A stretch of DNA of 64,000 bases, taken from contig NIVC01001480.1 of assembly GCA_002269645.1 (NCBI GenBank), forward strand, positions 14,051-78,050. The letters run 5' to 3'. The DNA comes from Macrostomum lignano (lineage: Eukaryota). Below the pieces are notes generated by a model, which searched no databases, was not told the origin of the DNA, and saw only the letters and a list, made by a program, of their open reading frames with translations. Both the position numbers and the translations under genes were made by a program. Shown here piece by piece: positions 57,085-64,000 of the stretch (the stretch's first letter is position 1; each line of letters opens with the position of its first letter).

Positions 57085-57399
57085 ATGACCCGAGTTTACA
57101 CCTTTTCTGTTAGTGATACTTTTGAGACTGTTGCTAAAAATGCAGAGATAATAAAACAACATATTTTGAATGGAATAATTGATGAAGTTTATTTAAAATA
57201 TGACGACAAGCACGACCTAAAACTTTATCCATTAGAGCTAGATGAGATGTATGATTTAGAACAAGAGGGTGAGTTAATATTTCAACTTGGAGATTATTTA
57301 AATTCGGATGATTGGGAGGTTAGATCAACAGATTCCGAATCAACAAATAGTTCATATGAAACCAGTGATTCAGAGAATGAAAGTGAAATATTTATGTGA
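57085..57399 (+). CDS. Hypothetical acidic protein of the Polinton (104 aa)
   Basis: Clean ORF with the AAAA-ATG start context shared by the element's genes. Confidence 0.6.
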   Translation: MTRVYTFSVSDTFETVAKNAEIIKQHILNGIIDEVYLKYDDKHDLKLYPLELDEMYDLEQEGELIFQLGDYLNSDDWEVRSTDSESTNSSYETSDSENESEIFM

Positions 57400-57415
57400 A
57401 AAAAATATTTAAAAA

Positions 57416-57640
57416 ATGAACTATTATTCTATAACAGAAACGACATTTATTGTGAAAAATATATATAAAAAAATGAAGGTAAACTATTCCTACATCGGAA
57501 ATGTTCCAATTAATGAACTTAATGAAAATTTAAGTTTGATAACAGTTGAACAAATGTCAATAATAATATTAGTAACAATTATAGTAATAATATTGTTTTT
57601 GTTTGTAATAAAAAATTTACTACCATGTTGTCTTAAGTAA
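57416..57640 (+). CDS. Small single-pass membrane protein (possible alternative start 57473)
   Basis: Hydrophobic run IIILVTIIVIILFLFVI followed by LPCCLK; AAAA-ATG context. Confidence 0.5.
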   Translation: MNYYSITETTFIVKNIYKKMKVNYSYIGNVPINELNENLSLITVEQMSIIILVTIIVIILFLFVIKNLLPCCLK

Positions 57641-57650
57641 CTGTTTGAAC

Positions 57651-59291
57651 TTAGTTCGCAGACATTATCTGGTTCTCATAAAAAGAACCCAATATTTCTT
57701 CACCATCCTTATCAGCAATTATATAGGTTGTAGGATTTGTATTTAAAACTTTACTGATGGTAAATTTCTCACTTATTTTCCAATATCCTTTTCTTCCCTT
57801 TTCAAACTTATCTTTCCATTTATAGATATAAACAGAATCACCAACCTTAAAACCTTTAGTTTTCTTTTTTTCAAAATCTCCAAAAGTAACCCTAACATTT
57901 TCAGGATTGTTATAAGCTTGTTGAGGAGTCATCTTTATCGCCGAATGATATGAATTGTTATAATCTTTCACTACGTCTGGTAATATTTTTACCCACTTTT
58001 GGTTACCATTAAGACTAAACTGAAACCATAATTTCTTACCTAAAGTTCGATTAAATCTTTCTATTAATGCGTTTTTACTCTCTCCATAAATAGAATAAAT
58101 TTTATTAATATACTCCCCATTCGCGTCTTTTTTCCTTTCTTTTCCTTTTTCAAAATGATACAATTTATACATGTGAGGATTGTAAAATTCTTTTCCTTCG
58201 TCAACACACAACCTTTCACTTTTTTCTCCAAGACTTCTAAAAGCAGCAGCAACCTCCTCTCCCTTTTTGGATTTTAAAGGAACAGCCCACGCGTATCGAG
58301 TAAAACCATCTAATATGGTTAAGATATATTTATATCCTCTTTCGTTCGGCATCGACATTAAATCAGCATACCAAATTTCATTCTTTTTGAAGTTCATGAT
58401 TTTTCTATAAAATTTAGGTTTTCGATATTCTTTATGAAGAATCTTTGCCTCATCAGAACTTAACCCGCCGCCACTTAACAACAAACACTCAACACAATTA
58501 TTTCCATGTTGATTATAATTAATTCCCAAACCAAATTTAACTTTAGACTGCAAGATCTTTTTAACCATCCACCTAGTTAATTTTTGACCTACCGATAATC
58601 CCTGCAAGTTATCTAATCCTTGAATCATTTTTTGATCGGCTTCATGTTTTAATCTTAATGCTTCCTCGGGCGGGTTCTTGTCAGCATCTCTATATGCTAA
58701 GTCGTGATAGTATGCTAACCAATCAATCCCATTTATTGGAATTGAATCAGATTTTGGAGTATTGTCAGGATTTAATCTCAAATCTAAGCGAGTGCCGGGT
58801 AGTTTACCCTCAATCTTTCGAAAGAGGCTGGAGCACACCTTAAGCGGCGATAATTACCGCCCATCTCCGTCTGCTCTCTGAACCTTCTCCTTATATTTAA
58901 AATACTTAGGAGCTTGGCTGCGCATTGCCACCATGTCTTCAAGCTTGTTACCTTTGGGAAGAGGAGTTACCTCTGTTCCTTCAAAAGATTTCTCAATTGA
59001 AGTGGTACTTGAAGCTGTATGACGGGTTTCACGCAATTTGGAGACATCGCCACTAATAGTGACTAGCAGTAGCTTTGCTTCTACCACTCAGGCCACGGGA
59101 TAACCTGTGAAGTTCATTGATGGCAGGTGTAGCTCACCCGTATACCTCCCAGTAGTAAATATTGGTGGTAAGCTTGTTAATCCTTTTTGTAAGTCTAAAA
59201 ATCCTCCTTCAAATACTAATTGATCGTTCCGAAGGAACGCGGACTTCGTCCGATCGAACCTTCGGTTCGCATGCGTCGCATGATTGCTCAT
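57651..59291 (-). CDS. PLA2-domain / retroviral-type integrase fusion; exon 1 59103-59291, exon 2 57651-58799 (445 aa spliced)
   Basis: Spliced product reads GELHLPSMNFTG^PGTRLDLRL...PINGIDWLAYYHDLAY...EAD, the parvovirus-like PLA2 motif set (YxGPG-like loop, HD, AD). It continues into a Polinton-type DDE core: WYADL, VDEGKEFYN, IERFNRTL, YNNSYHSAIKMTP. Confidence 0.88.
58800..59102 (-). ncRNA. Group I intron, IC1-like, 303 nt, no internal homing ORF
   Basis: P1 exon CAGGU/GCCUG with U.G splice wobble. P3 GUCUCC/GGAGAU. P4 UGCGUG/UGCGCA. P5abc with CUUCAAG/CUUGAAG, A-rich bulge ACAAG and GAGA and GUAA tetraloops. P6/6a CUCC/GGAG. P7 GAGAGCA/UGCUCC. P8, P9 with GAAA loop, P9.0 AG/CU, and P10 with exon 2 CCCGG. 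Confidence 0.92.
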
Positions 59292-59841
59292 TTTTAATAG
59301 CCTTAAAAATACATGAAAGCACCAATTGTTTTGCAAACTCTTCAATGGTTGGTTGTTTAACTTTTTTATAGTTATTATCTACGCTAGTTAAGTATCTTTT
59401 ATTTGTCCAATGTTCAGACTTTTTCATCTGATCTTCATCTTTGTAACTAAACGAAGAAGCGGGAATGAAATGATCAATATCTAAATTTCCAGTATAATCT
59501 TTTGAAACATAATATTTTCTTGTGAAATTTAACCAATCAAAAAAGAATTCTTTTGTGCAATCAAGATATGAGATATAGTCCTTGTCATTAAAATTTTTCA
59601 ACGCCCAATTTATTCTATTTCTAATTAAAACAATATGTTTGTAATTATCATCATTGTGATACTTGTTTTTTCTATATTCATTAAATTTATCTTTATTGTT
59701 TTTCATCCAAATAGTAGATGAGGTATTATGACAAGATCGACAATCATTTCTAAATTTTTTTGAATCATTTCTCCAAAAATAAAATTCTTTCGTCATTGGT
59801 TTTTCTTGTTTACACTTAATACAAATCTTTTTAGGTTCCAT
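59209..59841 (-). CDS. Free-standing HNH-type endonuclease with N-terminal CxxC...CxxC zinc motif (210 aa)
   Basis: KICIKCKQEK...CRSC, then LDIDHFIP...HWTN..YLT..DNNYKK. The pattern resembles HNH nucleases of phages and large eukaryotic DNA viruses. Confidence 0.72.
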   Translation of the reverse strand: MEPKKICIKCKQEKPMTKEFYFWRNDSKKFRNDCRSCHNTSSTIWMKNNKDKFNEYRKNKYHNDDNYKHIVLIRNRINWALKNFNDKDYISYLDCTKEFFFDWLNFTRKYYVSKDYTGNLDIDHFIPASSFSYKDEDQMKKSEHWTNKRYLTSVDNNYKKVKQPTIEEFAKQLVLSCIFKAIKNEQSCDACEPKVRSDEVRVPSERSISI

Positions 59842-59868
59842 TTTATAAAAAATAAATTTAACAATTAA

Positions 59869-60540
59869 TTAAACTCCAGTATGTCCAGCAGCTTTCGCAG
59901 CAGCTAAAACAAGTTTTCGCGGTGTTTTAAATCCTTCTCCAACAGCTGGTTTGTTATTTATAGAATTAACAATCCTTTTATACAAGCTGGTATTTTTAGC
60001 AGCTCTTACTCCCAACTCATCATAAAAAATTTTTGCACTTACTAATTCATCCCTAGTATATAATTCAGGGTTAAATTTTACCCTAGGGTTCATAACAATA
60101 TTATATGCTCCGCCCAATTCTCTATATAGTTCATTTCGATTTTTATCAACTCCACCAATTCGATAATTATTATTACCTAAATCTGTCACAGCAATACTAG
60201 TTGGTGCAGCTCTCGGATATTCATCAACTCCACCCCTTTCTGCAGCCCTAATCTCTGCAACTCTCAATTGAGCTTGATCAACATCATAAGCAGGCGGCTC
60301 ATCCAAAATTTCATCCTCTTTTGGCTCAGTATTTTTAGCAATTTTTTCCAGAAGATCTTTATCTGTTTTTTCTAGTTCACTAATTTTCCCAGTAATAGGA
60401 TTAACAAAAGGAGCAGCAAATCTTTCACCCGCTAATTGTATTCCTAACTTTCTTTTTTGTAAATTTCTAACAAAATCAGAATATCTTTGCTTCTCTTTAT
60501 AAATCGCTAACTCTCCATCAACGTCCATAAATTGACTCAT
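59869..60540 (-). CDS. Hypothetical Polinton protein (223 aa), possible virion core protein
   Basis: Clean ORF with AAAAA-ATG, divergent from the capsid gene; contains PPAY. Function is not recognised. Confidence 0.65.
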   Translation of the reverse strand: MSQFMDVDGELAIYKEKQRYSDFVRNLQKRKLGIQLAGERFAAPFVNPITGKISELEKTDKDLLEKIAKNTEPKEDEILDEPPAYDVDQAQLRVAEIRAAERGGVDEYPRAAPTSIAVTDLGNNNYRIGGVDKNRNELYRELGGAYNIVMNPRVKFNPELYTRDELVSAKIFYDELGVRAAKNTSLYKRIVNSINNKPAVGEGFKTPRKLVLAAAKAAGHTGV

Positions 60541-60574
60541 TTTTTAACATAAAAAACTTTTTTAACTTAAAAAA

Positions 60575-62047
60575 ATGGCTGAAACAAAAACTATGTGGAG
60601 TGATAAATTTCATTTCAAAAAGCACCGACAGTATATTAATGAGGTCAGAGCAAGAGATTTAAATTATACCCTACCAACAAGTGATAATTCAAATAACTTT
60701 ACTACTGGAACGGTAACTTTTGACATCGGCGCAACCAACACTATATTGGATATGAAAAATGCATTTTTCCGTGTTAGATGGTTGTATACTAGAAATGATG
60801 GAACTGCTCTTGCAGCCGGAGATATCGCAGATCGATCCGGAATAATAATAGAAAATGATTGGTTTTATAAATGTTTTTCCCAAGCTCAACTAACTGTTAA
60901 TGGTGCTGAGGTTGAGACATCATCAAACCCCGCAGAGATTAATGGAGTTTTGAAACATTTAAATTATACTTATTTATCAAAACAAGTTGGTGATAATGTT
61001 GGGTGGATGCCGGATAAAGGTAACGGTCAAGCAGTAGTTTTCCCTAATGTACAAAACGCAGCCGGTGCAGATACTGCAGCGCTAATTGTTTACCTTAATA
61101 CAAACATAGTTCCAGTTGTAACCACTATGACTAATACAAAAGATATTAATACTGGTTTTATAGATCGTCAGAATAAATTCCCAGTCGCGGTTTTAACCAC
61201 AGCAACAGCATATGAGCAGGACTTTTCAATCTTTCCACTATTTGGGTTTTTCTCACCAAATCGGGTATGGAAAGGATTAAAATTTGGGATACAGTTGCAA
61301 ATATCTGGTGGATATCAGCCTAGGATACTTTATGGAACCTCAATTTCAACCGATATAGCAGTTCGTATAGATTCAATTCAATTAGTCGTACCAACTATTG
61401 AGGTAACAGCCCCACTTTTAAAACACATCGATAATCAGTTAACGCATGATCAGGAAATATTTTATTTGAATCGTCGACATTTTATGCGAACCATTAATAA
61501 TAACCAGGATTCATTCCAGTGGCAAATACTGACATCAAAACGTCGGGTGAGATATATTTTTGTTTGGTTTAAGATAACAAATAGAAGGAGTAAAAGAGCA
61601 AATGGGGATTTATATTGGCTTCAATCCGGTGCCATAGCAGAACAAGCAGCCACCGCAACAGACAATGCGGCTGCAGCTATTAACGAGTTTAATGTTCAGA
61701 ATATCCGCCTGCAGGTTGATGATCAATATTATCCGGTTAAAGACCCCCTAAATTTAAATATAGCAAATAATAATGTTAATGATTTTATAAAATATTATCA
61801 AGATTATGCTAAAAATGAAGCGTATGCCGTCCCTCAGTACACACCCACAGAGTTTCTAAACATTCATCCAGTGGTTGTTTATGATCTAACGGCACAGAAA
61901 GAAAACGTAGCCAATATTGGACTTAATTATATGTTAGAGATTAATAAAACTGGTAATCAGGCACTTGACGCCCACGTATTGTTTCTAGAGGAATATATGT
62001 CAATTGCTAAAGCTGATGGCACGATTGTTCGGGACGCGCCACTTTAG
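60575..62047 (+). CDS. Major capsid protein (double jelly-roll, Polinton PY/hexon-like), 490 aa
   Basis: VTFDI...LDMKNAF, CFSQAQLTVNGAEVE, RYIFVWF, NVQNIRLQVDDQYYP and PVVVYDL match the Polinton capsid pattern; size and gene context fit. Confidence 0.8.
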   Translation: MAETKTMWSDKFHFKKHRQYINEVRARDLNYTLPTSDNSNNFTTGTVTFDIGATNTILDMKNAFFRVRWLYTRNDGTALAAGDIADRSGIIIENDWFYKCFSQAQLTVNGAEVETSSNPAEINGVLKHLNYTYLSKQVGDNVGWMPDKGNGQAVVFPNVQNAAGADTAALIVYLNTNIVPVVTTMTNTKDINTGFIDRQNKFPVAVLTTATAYEQDFSIFPLFGFFSPNRVWKGLKFGIQLQISGGYQPRILYGTSISTDIAVRIDSIQLVVPTIEVTAPLLKHIDNQLTHDQEIFYLNRRHFMRTINNNQDSFQWQILTSKRRVRYIFVWFKITNRRSKRANGDLYWLQSGAIAEQAATATDNAAAAINEFNVQNIRLQVDDQYYPVKDPLNLNIANNNVNDFIKYYQDYAKNEAYAVPQYTPTEFLNIHPVVVYDLTAQKENVANIGLNYMLEINKTGNQALDAHVLFLEEYMSIAKADGTIVRDAPL

Positions 62048-62130
62048 TGTCGCAGTGCAAAGCACGTCGCCCCCGCTGTAAGCGGCGCAGGTCTCCGACC
62101 GTCGCGCCTATTTAAATTATTTCTTTAAAA

Positions 62131-62830
62131 ATGGTAAAGGCAAAACACGATAAGATATTTCCAAATGATCCTTTTCTTTGTTTAGTAATCGGAGGATCAG
62201 GTAAAGGAAAAACACACTTTGTTTACGATTTATTAACAACAGATGGAATGCTAGACTATAATAATTTAATAATTTATACTAATAAACCTAGAATAAAATA
62301 TTATGAATTTCTTAAACATGGATTAAAAAACAAATTAAAAAAAGATGTCTTGTTTAGAATGTTAAGAGCATATGAGCAATATGAGGATGATGACGAACCG
62401 CGATTTACACTCGATGACATTGAGGATTTATGTAAAACAATGGCACAACAGCCAGAAAACATCACCGAACGAGCCCCAACTGTTAGAGTATCAACCGATT
62501 AGCCTATGATCAAATTCCAAAACATGATAAAACACTAATTATTTTGATGATTGTATTAATGACGGTGATCAAGAATTGCAAAAGGAAATTTTTGTTAGTG
62601 GTAGAGGAGATGGAATTGGAGCTTTTTATCTAACACAGTCCTTTAGAGAATTAGAATCGATTATAAAAAAGAATGCAAGTTGTTGTGTAATGTTTGATTT
62701 AGATAATTATGATTTACAAAATATACACGCTAGATTTAATCCCGGGTTGGATGCAAAACCATTTAAAAGTATGTGTAAAAAAATTTGGGATGATAGCCAA
62801 TACAAACATATTTATATCAATCGAGGTTAG
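62131..62830 (+). CDS. A32/FtsK-like packaging ATPase, with apparent 1-nt deletions near 62500 and 62543
   Basis: Walker A LVIGGSGKGKT. Walker B LIIFDD and VSGRG...FYLTQSF...KNAS are recovered by adding single T's in T runs. Confidence 0.85.
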
Positions 62831-62902
62831 AAAGGAAAATCGAATCTTAAAAGATCTTATAAAAGAAGACAATGAGGAAGAAGAATAATTCCCACTATAA
62901 AA

Positions 62903-63694
62903 ATGGCTACAAATTTAGATACTATAAAACAATTGTAGATCGAACTAATTCAAAATTTAGTACAACATTACAGTTTATAATGACAACCAGCGAGCAACGG
63001 ATTCAATTGCGCGATCCATTACAACTTGATCAAAGCCTAAGTTATCAAATTAGGTTTGATATTATTTTCGGTTTTTAACATGCCTCAATTAATTAATGCA
63101 ACAAATAATCAATTTAGATATTCTAAAGATTCCGGAGCCAATTGGACAACATTTAGCGTTAACCCAGGAGCGTATAGCTATACTGATTTGAATGCTTATA
63201 TAGAAGGAGAATTAACATCTAACGGCGATTGGGTAGCAGGCGCGATTGTTATAGGGGTTGATTTACCATCTGGCAGATTCACACTATCACTAGGATCCGG
63301 ATATCAGGTTGATTTCACAATTGCAAATTCAAATTCACTCAGAACCATACTTGGATTTAATTCCCGAATAGTTACCACATCAAGCACCGGTGATACAGTT
63401 GGAAATATAGAGGGTGGAGTAAATACAATTAATATAACAACCGACATTTCAAACGGTGGTTATATAACAGACGATAACGGAGTTTTGGTTCAACGTGGAA
63501 TTATTTATTCAATCCCATTTCTTGCTGTTCCAATTGGAGAGAAAATGATTGTTTCACCTCAAACCCCAATATATTACCCATTAAATCAATATAATGTTCA
63601 ATCAATTTATATTAGGATTGTAGATGAAAGCGATAGATTAATAAGTTTTGGTGGGCAATCAATAACAGTAATTTTACGTATAAAACAGGTTTAA
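62903..63694 (+). CDS. Minor capsid (penton-like) protein with N-terminal frameshifts
   Basis: LRDPLQLD...YQI(G)L...FN...INATNNQF, PGAYS..DLN, INITTDISNG, IIYSIP, YYPL and IRIVDESDRLISFGG..ITVILRIK. Confidence 0.75.
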
Positions 63695-63707
63695 TCGTAT
63701 AGTAAAA

Positions 63708-63887
63708 ATGGGTAATAATAATAATAATTTACTAAAAAAACAATCAGAAAAAGTTAAAAAAGCTGAAGATAATTACGAACTAGAACTAGCAAAATTAAGG
63801 CAGTTACAAGCTGATAAAATAAGAAAGGAATTGTTAAAACCCACACCTATTAAACTAACTAAAACCAAAAGTTTTTCAGGAACATAA
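63708..63887 (+). CDS. Small basic hypothetical protein (59 aa, starts MGNNN)
   Basis: Open frame with AAAA-ATG context, packed between the penton and the next gene. Confidence 0.45.
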   Translation: MGNNNNNLLKKQSEKVKKAEDNYELELAKLRQLQADKIRKELLKPTPIKLTKTKSFSGT

Positions 63888-63888
63888 A

Positions 63889-64000
63889 ATGACCATGACG
63901 TGGGATGATTTTAAACAACGATATGGAACAGACACAACAAGCAATATCGAATTAACAAATTGGGCGCGGCAGTTAAAAATAAAACCATTTAGATGTGTTA
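63889..64000 (+). CDS. N-terminus of probable adenain-like cysteine protease (truncated by window end)
   Basis: TSNIELTNWARQLKIKPFRCV resembles the SN.DL....L.I..FRGV start of Polinton proteases. Confidence 0.5.
   Translation, partial: MTMTWDDFKQRYGTDTTSNIELTNWARQLKIKPFRCV

Larger units (their letters stand above)
56761..64000. mobile_element. Endogenous Polinton/Maverick (adintovirus-like) element, left part; runs off the window
   Basis: Starts AGTAGT exactly where a host repeat is interrupted (sibling copy 56292-56389 continues intact). AT-rich and gene-dense, with integrase, capsid, ATPase, penton-like and protease-like genes. Confidence 0.92.

Noticed and set aside
58809-58812. Alternative 3' splice site at GAG|GGT giving a canonical omega-G
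   Set aside because: In frame, but it inserts GKL into the NFTGPGT loop, breaks P9 and loses P9.0 and P10. It is disfavoured, though not excluded without cDNA.
57651-58838. ORF-track 395-aa protein starting at GTG 58838
   Set aside because: Its first 13 codons lie in the intron's J8/7-P9 region. The real N-terminus is exon 1 (59103-59291).
58800-59106. Spliceosomal (GT-AG) explanation of the insert
   Set aside because: The obvious donor ACAG|GTTATC joined to the three nearby AGs gives stops or the wrong frame. Only a poor donor that inserts extra residues into the GPG loop works, whereas the group I fold explains the whole insert.
59205-59875. HNH cassette as a second, ORF-containing intron fusing the 223-aa ORF to the PLA2
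   Set aside because: No group I or II core is visible on either side of the HNH gene. Only a 3-nt AGT repeat marks the putative junctions.

Overview
Repeat-rich animal genomic DNA. GC-rich exons and minisatellite-filled introns resemble flatworm (Macrostomum-like) assemblies, but the host is inferred and unverified. Four spliced host genes are present: a Shab/Kv2 potassium channel (+), exocyst Sec5/EXOC2 (-), a ZYG-11/ZER1-family gene (+) and a DEG/ENaC channel (-). Around them lie mariner/Tc1 relics, hAT-type MITEs, SINEs, a Penelope fragment and one N-gap. From 56761 to the window end lies an AT-rich endogenous Polinton/Maverick (adintovirus-like) element. It encodes an integrase, HNH nuclease, major and minor capsid proteins, a packaging ATPase and the start of a probable protease. 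The key observation is a 303-nt group I intron (58800-59102, minus strand) with a full IC1-type fold (P1-P10, including P5abc). It splits the NFTG^PGT calcium-loop motif of the element's PLA2-integrase gene, and the gene is only in frame if the intron is removed. The intron has a covariant P7, appears to end in A rather than the near-universal omega-G, and sits next to a free-standing HNH nuclease. All of this was read by eye with no database searches.
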